Shown here piece by piece: positions 20,913 to 36,723 of a stretch of 62,900 nucleotides of DNA. Source of the DNA: Macrostomum lignano (lineage: Eukaryota). The notes below the pieces were generated by a model. It had not been told where the DNA came from, ran no database searches, and saw nothing but the letters and a program-made list of their open reading frames with translations. A program made the translations under genes and the position numbers. The stretch spans positions 1-62,900 of the forward strand of contig NIVC01004047.1 of assembly GCA_002269645.1 (NCBI GenBank). The letters run 5' to 3'. The first letter of the stretch is position 1; the number at the start of each line of letters is the position of its first letter.

Positions 20913-23275
20913 ATGGCTGAGATATTCCAGCAGCTCTACAGCATCAACATTGTCAGCTACGTTGGTGTTGAAGACTTTGCCGACAGACTGAGCTTCCAGA
21001 TTACCGTCACCCTGCTGACTGCGTGTTGCGGCCTCACAACTGTCATGTGCTACATCATGTGGCCTGTGGCCTGCTTCCAGCACAACACCTTCGGCGAGTT
21101 TATGGATGGAAAGGTGACAGTTAAATCAACTCTTCAGCTACCTCAGGAATTACCCTGTGAATTTACCACCGCCACTATCCCAATACAATAAAATCAGACT
21201 CCATTTTACAAGTACAATTTTAACGTCTTCCATAAACCACAAATTTAGAGTCACAAATTCTCGGCACATTCCGTTTACTGCTGAACACACACAAGCCCGC
21301 CAATACTGTACACTCTATCTGTGCTTTGGGGGTCGGCCCTCGCACGACAACGACAACCCCCGATTAATTTTTGTGCACAAGCTCCAATGTGGCCGTGGAG
21401 CAAAAGGAATCAGATGCGTTTATCGCCGAGCCGCATCGCCTCCCTTACCCAGCCTGCTATACCAGAAGCTACTCAAAAAATGACTAACCTAGTGCAAAAT
21501 TCTCTGTGCTGGCACAAATTTCCAGGACATCGGCGGCCAGATCGAATACTCGACTTATTTCTGCTGGACCGAGGGCACCTACGCGGTGCATCCAAATAAT
21601 TTCAGCATCGACATCACGGCCAGAGACGGCGGCATGAGTGCCTACGCGGACAAGAAGATTGTCTACTACCAGTGGGTGCCGTTCCTGCTGGCCCTGCAGG
21701 CGCTGATGTTCTACCTGCCTCGGCTGCTGTGGAACAGCATCAGCTACGACAGGGCCGGCACAGACGTCGGCCACATCATCAAAGTGGCCAGCGATGCCGG
21801 GAGAGAAGAAGAGGAAGCGCACGACAAGCTGATCACCTATGCGGTCAGAATGATCGAAGTGATGCTTGACAGGACGCACAAGTGTCACGAGGAGCGGCCG
21901 TTGGTTGCGACGACTAAGAATAAGTGCTCCAGGTGAGGCCGACTGTGGGAGCGGTACGAACGGATACGTTTAGAGTGTTGGGGACGAAATGACAAGTATT
22001 AGTGCAGCAACAGGGACAGGGACAGTGTCAGCGATAGTGACGATTCACAGCCGAAAGGACCAGCCCCAAGGCACAGACAGTGTGCATGCCTGACTATTGA
22101 AAAGACAGGGTCGCTTAACCTTGTGTGAGCGTGTGTATGACGCTGAAAGCGGCCTTGGGATGATGTCGCCGTGGTGCCGCAGCCCTCCTGCGAATATTTA
22201 TTTTTATGACACTACTCCAGTCTCACCAAGAACGAGATGCAACGTTTAGCAAAGACTCCCCCAACCCGCTTATTTCACCGATTTCAGCTTCCTGTCCGTA
22301 GCGCTACCGTCCCGCATATCGGGTAGCTGGCTAATCTTCACCTACCTGGTTGTTAAGCTGACCTACGCTAGCAACGCCGTTGCTCAACTGGTGCTGATGC
22401 AGTACTTCCTGCAGTTGCACGGCTCGCACTATCATCTGCTGGGCATCAGCCTCCTGAGCGACATTGTGCGCGGCCACGATTGGCACAACAGCATGGCTTT
22501 CCCCCGCGTCGGCTGCTGCGCCGTTTTTATGCGCTCTGGCGCGGCAGGCAACTGGCAATTCTGCCAGTGCACCCTGCCGGTGAACATCATCAACGAGAAA
22601 ATCTACATCTTTCTGTGGTTCTGGTTCATCTTTGTAGCCGCTTCAACTCTGCTGAGCACCATCGTCTGGCTCTACCGACTTGTTAACGCCAGCTTAACCT
22701 GCCGATTCGTGAAGAAATACCTCCGGCTCGCCGATAATTATTCGGTCGAGCTGCGCAACCGCAAGAGATTTCTGCGCAACTTCACGCATCAGTTCCTGCG
22801 ACGGGACGGCGCCTTCGTGCTCAAGATGGTCGCATTAAACGCCGGCGATGTTGTCTGCGCCGAGATCATCCAGCGCCTGTGGCAGCACTATCTCGTAGAT
22901 GAAGGCTTCAGCGACGACGGGGAGGCGGCCGAGGAGTCGCTGCTGTTGGAGGAGGGATCTGAGCAGCAGCAGCAGCAGCCTCAGCAAGCGGAGCTGAAGA
23001 AGCCCGAGACCGGCATTCTCAAGCTGTCGTGCGACCGCCTGCCACCAAAGCGGGAATCATCCAGAAGGAGGCTTCGAAGGTCGTCGCTTGGAACGCCCAC
23101 CGCCGCCGCCGCTGAGGCTGCCGCTGCCGCCGCTGCGACAGCCGCCGAGGACCCGACCGTGGCGGCGACTTTGGCCCAGAGACGCTGCCTGAAAGGTGGC
23201 CTCAGCCGCGGCGTCAGCTTCCACCTTGACGAGGACCGAGATGACGAGGCGGACAGTGAGGGGATCAAGTCTTGA
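20913..23275 (+). CDS. Innexin (invertebrate gap-junction protein); exons 20913-21113, 21526-21932, 22288-23275
   Basis: EDFADRLS, FCWTEGT, YYQWVPFLLALQALMFYLP, YLVVKL, FPRVGCC, QCTLPVNIINEKIYIFLWFWF, FLRRDGAFVL; phase-consistent splicing. Confidence 0.95.
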
Positions 23276-23807
23276 ACTCGAATCGGCTTGAATTTCGCAA
23301 CTCGCGAGGCTACTTTCAATAGCACCTGTGCATCAGTTGCATCGTTTCAAAATCCAAGAATTTATTTAGCGCCGAGTTTTGTGAAAATATCTACGGTCCT
23401 ATTTAGCTATCGAGAGTTTATTTTGTACATTTAAAATATATACCTTGCATTACAACCGTTTCGGTTATCTATAAAAGTTTTTTAAAACTCCAAGCTGCCC
23501 TATGGTTAGCAAAGCTGGCCCTGGCTTAGCTTTAGCCGTTGTTAATATTCCTATATTTCTACAGTCAATGACTGAGACAAGTCATAGTTCTACTAAGCCT
23601 TTCCTGCCAGCAACACTGACCACATAATATCCACCAGAGGAAATGCATGTTTGCTTACTTCTATATGTAAAACTGTGAAGCCGATTATCACACTTTGGTG
23701 TACACCTATCTATGGAATTTGTTCTATAGCTGGCCAATCTACATTGGCTCTGTACTGTACGAAATGTACAGTATTGTATAATGTACAGGTAATTCTTCGC
23801 ATAGACA

Positions 23808-24345
23808 AAATGCTCCCTTCCCCGCAGCAATAGTCTATGGCCAGGCCTACTGACCGTGTATAAAAAATTTGCTCCCTTACCCGCAGTGATAGTCTATGGC
23901 CAGCCCTACTGACCATGTATAAACAATATGCTCCCTTCCCCGCAGCGATAGTAAGCCTCTTCACGGCAATCGATTCCAGAACCAGAATCAGTTCGGATTT
24001 CCAAGAAAAAAAGCAGTATAACTATTTAACTTTGTTGAATGTTTGACTGCCTTAACAGCCTCACTTTGCACAATTTTTCACTTTCTTCTTGGCTTTGGCC
24101 ATTCAATAATCACAATTTTAAAGCACTAATATCCCTCTAGTTTAGGAGACAAAAAGTTATACTTTACAAATTGGTTCTGGTTCTAGAACCAGAACAAGCA
24201 ATATGAAGAGCCTCAGTCTATGGCCAGCCCTGCGGACCATGTATAAACAATATGCTCCCTACACCGCAGCAATAGTCTATGGCCAGGCCTACTGACCGTG
24301 TATAAAAAATTTGCTCCCTTCCCTGCAGCGATAGTCTATGACCTT
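23808..24345. repeat. 59-bp minisatellite (aatagtctatggccaggcctactgacc...) interrupted by a MITE
   Basis: gtctatg recurs at 23833, 23892, (23951), 24216, 24275, 24334. Confidence 0.9.
23953..24214. mobile_element. 262-bp MITE-like insertion with 3-bp TSD (AGT)
   Basis: TSD agt at 23950-52 and 24215-17; TIRs aagcctcttca / tgaagagcctc (9/11); removing it restores the 59-bp period. Confidence 0.7.
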
Positions 24346-25399
24346 ATTTTCTTATTTTCAGTCTTCAGCTGTGTGAAGAGACTTTAAGCAGATAATATAA
24401 AGCCCTTGTCGTTTGATCTGCAGCAAATCCGATACTGCAGAATCTTCAATCTTCAAAATAACCTAAAACTGCTTAAAAGCTACTTCAAAACTACGAGTAC
24501 TTTAAACTACTTTGAAAAAACTACTCTAAAACTACTGCAAAACCAACCAACGCTACCCTAAATGTAAAACTGAAACTAAGAGCTACCTATAAACTACTAC
24601 CAAAACTAACAAAACGGCCCAAAATTGTAAACAAAACCACTCTAAGGCTTAGACTGAAGCTTGCCAGTAAATTACAAACAAAACTACTTTAAAATTACGT
24701 TTGAACAAAAGTAAGATACTCCAAATCTACATTCGAAACTCTGAAACTACCTCTGAACTGCCATCAAAGCTAGGAGCGTACCGTAATGATAAGAACAAAA
24801 TAACGTTAAAGCTGCAACGCAAACTGCTCCACAATAAGGCCAAAACTACCCTAAAACTGCGAAAAACACTGAGAAAATTACAAGAAAATAATCCACCCTC
24901 AGAATCAGCAGCTCAAATACGTTAGCCAAACCGACTTCTACCCAATGCAGTCTGAAAATTAGTAAAAGTGGCAATCGCCTCAAACAGAGGTCGACATTAA
25001 GATAAGAGTACAAATGCGCTCTTCTTCCCTTGGGACACTTCCATTTGGTTCGTATAGGAAATTCCCGAAAGCAAGAGCTCAACCTGGCCGGAAAATTTCC
25101 TGGTTGATCCTCCCTCTCATTCTCATCTTTCCCACGTGACGTTGGAACACCCTTATCAGCATCGGGTGTTTGTCAAAGGGTCTCGGGATTAGAGATCGTC
25201 TATTAGATAAGAGGCCGGGGCAAAGTAGAAGCAAATATATCGATCACGAAATAACGTACAGCTTCAGTAACAGCAGATTTTCCTGGGCTTTTTCTTGTTT
25301 TCGGTAAATCAGCTCAGCTTTATGAGGCCAGATTAGAAGCATACAGTTAGTAATTTGAAATAAGGGCAGAGCTAAACGCTGCAAAAGACATATCAGTGG

Positions 25400-26012
25400 G
25401 TAGCACACTGATGGAGCCGAGGGTAGCACACTGATGGAGCCGAGGAAAGCACACTGAAGGACCTGAGGGAAGCACACTGAAGGACCTGAGGGAAGCACAC
25501 TGAAGGACCTGAGGGAAGCACACTGAAATAGCCGAGGGAAGCACACTGATGGAGCCTAGGGAAGCACACTGAAGGACCTGAGGGAAGCACACTGATGGAG
25601 CTGAGGGAAGCACACTGAAGGACCCGAGGGAAGCACACTGAAGGACCCGAGGGAAGCACACTGATGGAGCCGAGGGAAGCACACTGATGGAGCTGAGGGA
25701 AGCACACTGAAGGACCCGAGGGAAGCACACTGATGGAGCCGAGGAAAGCACACTGAAGGACCTGAGGAAAGCACACTGAAGGAGCGGAGGGAAGCACACT
25801 GAAGGACCCGAGGGAAGCACACTGATGGAGCCGAGGGAAGTACACTGAAGGACCTGAGGGAAGCACACTGATGGAGCCGAGGAAAGCACACTGAAGGAGC
25901 CGAGGAAAGTACACTGAAGGAGCGGAGGAAAGCACACTGAAGGACCCGAGGAAAGTACACTGAAGGAGCGGAGGGAAGCACACTGAAGGAGCGGAGGGAA
26001 GCACACTGAAGG
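25400..26012. repeat. 23-bp minisatellite (gagggaagcacactgaaggaccc / gagggaagcacactgatggagcc)n
   Basis: Read directly; two alternating unit types. Confidence 0.95.
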
Positions 26013-26046
26013 ACTCCCACCAAGATTTCTCACCACTCTGCTGTAG

Positions 26047-28145
<2,099 letters not shown>

Positions 28146-28399
28146 GTCTTCGTTGAAGCCAATCCACATGAAGGAAAAACTAGTTACAAGCAGTCTATTT
28201 ACCTTTACCTTTACTAATACGCTATAATGCTGTACGCAATATGCCTGACTAATATGAATAAAAAATTCAATTACACTTGCGCTTAGGAAAAAACCTAAAA
28301 TTGACAGTGAAACTGAAAAACTGAAACGCAAAGATTAGTTAAGCAGATTAAACAAAAAATTCCGGTCGAGCGAGAAAACAGGAGTCTCGTTATTTAGAG

Positions 28400-31300
28400 C
28401 ACTCTGGCATCCAGCATTACGCTTGCAGATTATAAATTAGCTGCTCTCCTGAGTTCGAAGCTGACAGGTCCGTTGCAGTCGGCATCGATTGAGTCGACTG
28501 CCAATTTAGTCAATGGGTTTCGTTTCTTCTTTTCACTGGAACCTGTGGTGGGATTAGCAAAAGATCGATTTCGCATATCTGTTTAGTGATTTCAAGGACG
28601 ACAAAATCATTCTTCTCTGCATGTCAGCTCCAGAAGATGCTAGTTTGTTTGCAGCTTTCTGTAGGAGCATTCTACTTTAGTAAAGTGTACTCATTCTAAA
28701 ATAAGCTGTTTTAATATGTCCCAACAAGTCTCTGTGCAGTGTGTCATCCGTTTGCCCATCAATTTGTTCTGGAGCCCTTTATTAATTGAGTTCTTTAGGT
28801 GACTTAACAAATGCGGAAAAAACTAGACACACACACACAGTGGCCCAACACTTCGTGTCCCAATAATTGCTAGGAAAAATGCACTGCAGTGTTTAAGCAT
28901 CTCCTCTGAGGGGCCCTTGCATGCATAGCTATAGAATCTGCTAAGACCCGATCTGAGAGTTAAAAGTACAAAAAGTTATAACGCTTCTAGACACGAAAAC
29001 GAATGCAGCCACAGCATGAACTAACCTTTTATTGAAGCTTCTGCTTTAAATACTTTAATGCTGTGAAGCATTCTGGCATCTAGCATTACTCTCGTAGACT
29101 ATTAGCTGCTCTCCTGAGTTCGAAGCTGACAGGTCCGTTGCAGTCGGCATCGATTGAGTCGACTGCCAATTTAGTCAATGGGTTTCGTTTCTTCTTTTCA
29201 CTGGAACCTGTGGTGGGATTAGCAAAAGATCGATTTCGCATATCTGTTTAGTGATTTCAAGGACGACAAAATCATTCTTCTCTGCATGTCAGCTCCAGAA
29301 GATGCTAGTTTGCTTGCAGCTTTCTGTAGGAGCATTCTACTTTAGTAAAGTGTACCCATTCTAAAATAAGCTGTTTTTAATATGTCCCAACAAGTCTCTG
29401 TGCAGTGTGTCATCCGTTTGCCCATCAATTTGTTCTGGAGCCCTTTATTAATTGAGTTCTTTAGGTGACTTAACAAATGCGGAAAAAACTAGACACACAC
29501 ACACAGTGGCCCAACACTTCGTGTCCCAATAATTGCTAGGAAAAATGCACTGCAGTGTTTAAGCATCTCCTCTGAGGGGCCCTTGCATGCATAGCTATAG
29601 AATCTGCTAAGACCCGATCTGAGAGTTAAAAGTACAAAAAGTTATAACGCTTCTAGACACGAAAACGAATGCAGCCACAGCATGAACTAACCTTTTATTG
29701 AAGCTTCTGCTTTAAATACTTTGATGCTGTGAAGCATTCTGGCATCTAGCATTACTCTCGTAGACTATTAGCTGCTCTCCTGAGTTCGAAGCTGACAGGT
29801 CCGTTGCAGTCGGCATCGATTGAGTCGACTGCCAATTTAGTCAATGGGTTTCGTTTCTTCTTTTCACTGGAACCTGTGGTGGGATTAGCAAAAGATCGAT
29901 TTCGCATATCTGTTTAGTGATTTCAAGGACGACAAAATCATTCTTCTCTGCATGTCAGCTCCAGAAGATGCTAGTTTGTTGCAGCTTTCTGTAGGAGCAT
30001 TCTACTTTAGTAAAGTGTACCCATTCTAAAATAAGCTGTTTTAATATGTCCCAACAAGTCTCTGTGCAGTGTGTCATCCGTTTGCCCATCAATTTGTTCT
30101 GGAGCCCTTTATTAATTGAGTTCTTTAGGTGACTTAACAAATGCGGAAAAAACTAGACACACACACACAGTGGCCCAACACTTCGTGTCCCAATAATTGC
30201 TAGGAAAAATGCACTGCAGTGTTTAAGCATCTCCTCTGAGGGGCCCTTGCATGCATAGCTATAGAATCTGCTAAGACCCGATCTGAGAGTTAAAAGTACA
30301 AAAAGTTATAACGCTTCTAGACACGAAAACGAATGCAGCCACAGCATGAACTAACCTTTTATTGAAGCTTCTGCTTTAAATACTTTGATGCTGTGAAGCA
30401 TTCTGGCATCTAGCATTACTCTCGTAGACTATTAGCTGCTCTCCTGAGTTCGAAGCTGACAGGTCCGTTGCAGTCGGCATCGATTGAGTCGACTGCCAAT
30501 TTAGTCAATGGGTTTCGTTTCTTCTTTTCACTGGAACCTGTGGTGGGATTAGCAAAAGATCGATTTCGCATATCTGTTTAGTGATTTCAAGGACGACAAA
30601 ATCATTCTTCTCTGCATGTCAGCTCCAGAAGATGCTAGTTTGCTTGCAGCTTTCTGTAGGAGCATTCTACTTTAGTAAAGTGTACCCATTCTAAAATAAG
30701 CTGTTTTTAATATGTCCCAACAAGTCTCTGTGCAGTGTGTCATCCGTTTGCCCATCAATTTGTTCTGGAGCCCTTTATTAATTGAGTTCTTTAGGTGACT
30801 TAACAAATGCGGAAAAAACTAGACACACACACACAGTGGCCCAACACTTCGTGTCCCAATAATTGCTAGGAAAAATGCACTGCAGTGTTTAAGCATCTCC
30901 TCTGAGGGGCCCTTGCATGCATAGCTATAGAATCTGCTAAGACCCGATCTGAGAGTTAAAAGTACAAAAAGTTATAACGCTTCTAGACACGAAAACGAAT
31001 GCAGCCACAGCATGAACTAACCTTTTATTGAAGCTTCTGCTTTAAATACTTTGATGCTGTGAAGCATTCTGGCATCTAGCATTACTCTCGTAGACTATTA
31101 GCTGCTCTCCTGAGTTCGAAGCTGACAGGTCCGTTGCAGTCGGCATCGATTGAGTCGACTGCCAATTTAGTCAATGGGTTTCGTTTCTTCTTTTCACTGG
31201 AACCTGTGGTGGGATTAGCAAAAGATCGATTTCGCATATCTGTTTAGTGATTTCAAGGACGACAAAATCATTCTTCTCTGCATGTCAGCTCCAGAAGATG

Positions 31301-33636
31301 CTAGTTTGCTTGCAGCTTTCTGTAGGAGCATTCTACTTTAGTAAAGTGTACCATTCTAAAATAAGCTGTTTTTAATATGTCCCAACAAGTCTCTGTGCAG
31401 TGTGTCATCCGTTTGCCCATCAATTTGTTCTGGAGCCCTTTATTAATTGAGTTCTTTAGGTGACTTAACAAATGCGGAAAAAACTAGACACACACACACA
31501 GTGGCCCAACACTTCGTGTCCCAATAATTGCTAGGAAAAATGCACTGCAGTGTTTAAGCATCTCCTCTGAGGGGCCCTTGCATGCATAGCTATAGAATCT
31601 GCTAAGACCCGATCTGAGAGTTAAAAGTACAAAAAGTTATAACGCTTCTAGACACGAAAACGAATGCAGCCACAGCATGAACTAACCTTTTATTGAAGCT
31701 TCTGCTTTAAATACTTTGATGCTGTGAAGCATTCTGGCATCTAGCATTACTCTCGTAGACTATTAGCTGCTCTCCTGAGTTCGAAGCTGACAGGTCCGTT
31801 GCAGTCGGCATCGATTGAGTCGACTGCCAATTTAGTCAATGGGTTTCGTTTCTTCTTTTCACTGGAACCTGTGGTGGGATTAGCAAAAGATCGATTTCGC
31901 ATATCTGTTTAGTGATTTCAAGGACGACAAAATCATTCTTCTCTGCATGTCAGCTCCAGAAGATGCTAGTTTGCTTGCAGCTTTCTGTAGGAGCATTCTA
32001 CTTTAGTAAAGTGTACCCATTCTAAAATAAGCTGTTTTTAATATGTCCCAACAAGTCTCTGTGCAGTGTGTCATCCGTTTGCCCATCAATTTGTTCTGGA
32101 GCCCTTTATTAATTGAGTTCTTTAGGTGACTTAACAAATGCGGAAAAAACTAGACACACACACACAGTGGCCCAACACTTCGTGTCCCAATAATTGCTAG
32201 GAAAAATGCACTGCAGTGTTTAAGCATCTCCTCTGAGGGGCCCTTGCATGCATAGCTATAGAATCTGCTAAGACCCGATCTGAGAGTTAAAAGTACAAAA
32301 AGTTATAACGCTTCTAGACACGAAAACGAATGCAGCCACAGCATGAACTAACCTTTTATTGAAGCTTCTGCTTTAAATACTTTGATGCTGTGAAGCATTC
32401 TGGCATCTAGCATTACTCTCGTAGACTATTAGCTGCTCTCCTGAGTTCGAAGCTGACAGGTCCGTTGCAGTCGGCATCGATTGAGTCGACTGCCAATTTA
32501 GTCAATGGGTTTCGTTTCTTCTTTTCACTGGAACCTGTGGTGGGATTAGCAAAAGATCGATTTCGCATATCTGTTTAGTGATTTCAAGGACGACAAAATC
32601 ATTCTTCTCTGCATGTCAGCTCCAGAAGATGCTAGTTTGTTGCAGCTTTCTGTAGGAGCATTCTACTTTAGTAAAGTGTACCATTCTAAAATAAGCTGTT
32701 TTAATATGTCCCAACAAGTCTCTGTGCAGTGTGTCATCCGTTTGCCCATCAATTTGTTCTGGAGCCCTTTATTAATTGAGTTCTTTAGGTGACTTAACAA
32801 ATGCGGAAAAAACTAGACACACACACACAGTGGCCCAACACTTCGTGTCCCAATAATTGCTAGGAAAAATGCACTGCAGTGTTTAAGCATCTCCTCTGAG
32901 GGGCCCTTGCATGCATAGCTATAGAATCTGCTAAGACCCGATCTGAGAGTTAAAAGTACAAAAAGTTATAACGCTTCTAGACACGAAAACGAATGCAGCC
33001 ACAGCATGAACTAACCTTTTATTGAAGCTTCTGCTTTAAATACTTTGATGCTGTGAAGCATTCTGGCATCTAGCATTACTCTCGTAGACTATTAGCTGCT
33101 CTCCTGAGTTCGAAGCTGACAGGTCCGTTGCAGTCGGCATCGATTGAGTCGACTGCCAATTTAGTCAATGGGTTTCGTTTCTTCTTTTCACTGGAACCTG
33201 TGGTGGGATTAGCAAAAGATCGATTTCGCATATCTGTTTAGTGATTTCAAGGACGACAAAATCATTCTTCTCTGCATGTCAGCTCCAGAAGATGCTAGTT
33301 TGCTTGCAGCTTTCTGTAGGAGCATTCTACTTTAGTAAAGTGTACCCATTCTAAAATAAGCTGTTTTTAATATGTCCCAACAAGTCTCTGTGCAGTGTGT
33401 CATCCGTTTGCCCATCAATTTGTTCTGGAGCCCTTTATTAATTGAGTTCTTTAGGTGACTTAACAAATGCGGAAAAAACTAGACACACACACACAGTGGC
33501 CCAACACTTCGTGTCCCAATAATTGCTAGGAAAAATGCACTGCAGTGTTTAAGCATCTCCTCTGAGGGGCCCTTGCATGCATAGCTATAGAATCTGCTAA
33601 GACCCGATCTGAGAGTTAAAAGTACAAAACTTATAA
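28400..33636. repeat. Tandem array of ~7.9 near-identical ~665-bp units
   Basis: ctgctctcctgagttcg recurs at 28441, 29106, 29772, 30436, 31102, 31767, 32433, 33096; units differ mainly by 1-nt indels. Confidence 0.98.
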
Positions 33637-33990
33637 TTTTTGTGGTTGGACACGTAGGCTATTGAGTGTCAATGGATTCAGACGAAATGTCAAGTTTTAC
33701 TCAAAGCTTTTACAGCTTACTGGTTAAAGTCGACGGATCCTTTGGCAATTGCGCCACATGGCAGTTGATCAAAGGTGATATACCTGAAGTAAAGGTAGGT
33801 ACTGCTTAGCAGGAGCAGTATATTTTATAGCATTTAAATATAAATGCTTCTTGTTTCCGACAAAGTTTTTTAATACCACTTACATGTTTCTCGCTGTGCC
33901 ATTCCATGCTGTTCTTTCCATACCATGGTGACTCGGGTGCCATGGCAGAGGCAGAGTTGACCATTGATTTCAGCATAGCGAGTACATGCC
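33076..33990 (-). CDS. Candidate small spliced minus-strand gene: exon ending 33884, 63-nt exon 33783-33721, terminal exon 33197-33076 (repeated in each array unit)
   Basis: Donors gtaagt (33883) and gtaagc (33720); acceptors cttcag and ctaatcccaccacag; phase-1 reading ...ISPLINCHVAQLPKDPSTLT-SSSEKKKRNPLTKL...SLRE*; AATAAA ~53 nt after the stop; other frames also open. Confidence 0.35.
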
Positions 33991-34824
33991 AATTTAGTTT
34001 TACCGTACGTTTGCGGGTGGCGTCAATAATAGACCAAAATAAAAGTACACTTAACTAGCAAGGGGACTCTGGTAAATTGGAGCCATGTACACAGGGGGGT
34101 AGGGCTTAGTCCTAACATGTACGGGGTAAGTCCTAATATGAGTGGGCTTTTGTAAACGACACTCTAGCACACAGTCCCAACAATTTATAGAATATCGAAT
34201 GCGCGCAGCAGTCAATAGCATGAGTCCTAACAAGAGTGGGCTGTTGTATTCAACACTGCAACACTGTCCTAACAATTTAGTTCGTGTAGAGTACTGATGC
34301 CCATCACAGTCAGAAGTACATGTAAGCCCTTGTCATTTCTTTAGGTTTATCTCCATCCAGAACCATCCTTTGACAATAAAATACCCTTAAAAGTGTTTTG
34401 CTATGCTTTGCTTTGTATGTATTTTAATGTATGCTATGTATTTACGTCTTGTAACAAAGACTGCAGCAAATGAATGCGCTTGAAATCTACTATTAGTAAA
34501 AATATGAGAAAAAACCAATAAAAATATGCGGGAGCAGATTAGCCATTTCAGTGTCCCAATAGTGATTTGGTCGAATTTTGTATCATTTTTCCTTATTGGG
34601 ACGCCAGTTTTTGCTTAATTGTGGACTCAGAAAGTAAAATTATTAAAAATGAGTTGCACCATCAAAAAGAGGCTGTCGAGCTGAATCCATAGAGTATTTT
34701 TTTGAGCTGCTATTGTAAGTTTTTTGGAAGTGTTGGACGGACTTGATGGGACAGTCCCAACATTTTTTTTGGCCCAACAGTGCGGGTCCCGTTGTACGCG
34801 TATGGCCCAACAAATGCCCCGTGC

Positions 34825-34828
<4 letters not shown>

Positions 34829-34888
<60 letters not shown>
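34829..34888. repeat. (CA)n microsatellite
   Basis: Read directly. Confidence 0.98.
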
Positions 34889-34890
<2 letters not shown>

Positions 34891-34975
34891 CTCGTCGCTT
34901 CATTTACTATTCCTAAGTGGAAAAACCTCAGAAAGCATCGACAGAGTCAATAATTATAACAAAAAACCAACGCAG

Positions 34976-36481
34976 ATTCGACCGCGAATCTCTGCGAGAA
35001 CGCGTGACCACCCTCTCGGCCTCACAGCAGCTGGAGTTGTACATTCAGCAGTTTGAAAGCGAGACAAGTAGCGAATGTAGCAAAGGTGAGGCTTTCACTC
35101 TGACCCTAGCCCTAGCCTTAGCACTTAGCGGAATGGGCGACCGTCGCCTCCCCGCTGTGTCTACGGACCACCCTGCAGCTAAAGCCATGGCACTAGACCT
35201 AGCCATCGCCCTAGCTCTAGCCGCCATAGCCCTAGCCCTTGCCATAGCACTAGCACTAACTTTTACCAGCCTTAGCCCTACCTAACATTAGCCCTAGCCA
35301 TAGCACTAGCATTAACTTTTACCAGCCTTAGCCCTACCTAGCATTAGCCCTAGCCGTAGCACTAATTCAACCTTAACCCTAGCCCTAACCCTACCTAACC
35401 CTAGTCCTAACCCTACCTAACCCTAGTCCTAGCCCTACCTAACCCTAATCCTAGCCCTACCTAACCCTAACTCTACCTCTGAATCTCTCCATGAATCTGC
35501 CTGCCTGACAAGGAGCCATTAGCAGTACACCGACCGACTGTTCTTGTCGGACTAGTCGATTTGGTCAACAGAAAATGTTTTGGCTTTCTTTGGCCCTTTG
35601 TAAAAGAAGCTGTTAATTAGTTAAGTTAATCAAATACGTGGCTCAGCTCACCGTGTGAAAGTCAGCGAGGTGCAAAAACTGAAGCGCAGTCGAGTGTGAG
35701 CAGCACTGAGGAGGCGCTTTAAATGCCTCCTTTTCACCGAAAACTGCCACTCTCATGACGCAGAGTGCAGGTTTTTCTAATATCTAGATTTTATTCTCAC
35801 CCTGCTTTAAGTCTATTCTCACCCTACTCTAACCATATTCTCACCCTATTCTAACCATATTCTCACCCTACTCAAAGTCTATTCTCACCCTACTCTAAGT
35901 CTATTCTCACCCTACTCTAACTATATTCTCACCCTCCTCTAAGTCTATTCTCACCCTACTCTAAGTATATTCTCACCCTACTCTCACCCCATATTTAACT
36001 TCACTATTCTCTCATCTCATTCTCATTCTGCTCCTCCAACCCAAACTGCCGCTATCCAGTCCTGCCCTCCGTGATAGAAGACAGCCAACCAGACTGCAGC
36101 AACGATAGGGACAGCACCTCCACTACTACGACAACCGCGTCGGTTTCCATGGCGACAGCATCCGACAACGGCAGTCAGCCAGTGGCCTGCTGGCTGCGAG
36201 ACCTTACTGACCGTGTTCAGAGTGTTGAAGCCCGCGAGCCTCAGCCACCTTCTTACCTGTGCATGCTGGAGGCGCACCAGCTGAGCCAGCAGCTGATGCA
36301 GCGTCTGCAGTTGGCGGCCGGCAGACCGAGACTGCTCAGCGCTGAGGACAAGGCTGCCATTCGATCCAGTCTGCTGCGCAAACAGTTCGGAGTCGAAGAC
36401 GGCGGCAATAGCGGATTCGAACCACTGTCTGGTGGTAGACTGACAAATTTGATTGACAGGGCTCGACGCGACCTGCTTTGA
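34976..36481 (+). CDS. Last two exons (34976-35085, 36060-36481) of an unidentified gene
   Basis: Acceptors cgcag/atccag, donor gtgagg; phase-1 join FDRESLRERV...SECSK-VLPSVIEDSQ...LIDRARRDLL*; GC-rich coding-like composition; no start codon found. Confidence 0.6.
35100..35480. repeat. Degenerate (ccctag/ccctaa/cctac) telomere-like tract after the donor
   Basis: Read directly; includes an internal ~70-bp duplication. Confidence 0.85.
35790..36020. repeat. 22-bp minisatellite (ctattctcaccctactctaagt)n ending just before the acceptor
   Basis: Read directly. Confidence 0.9.
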
Positions 36482-36723
36482 GTCGCTACTCTGGTGGTCA
36501 ACTGACGGAGTGCTTTAGGTACATAATTCAAGGCAACAGCTGCTCCCACTCGATGCAATCCAAATATATTTGATCACCAAATCTTTACTGGCAAATAGGC
36601 CTTTTCAAAAAATATATCTAGATATGTACCATCGAAAAATTCTCCTTAACTTCAACAATTTCTGACTTTTTAATGGCAAACTGAAGTCAGTGCGTGTCTT
36701 TGATTTGAGCTTCAGCTGCAGGT

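Noticed and set aside
36143-36156. Perfect X-box match GTTTCCATGGCGAC
   Set aside because: Inside a predicted coding exon (VSMAT); one chance match per window is plausible
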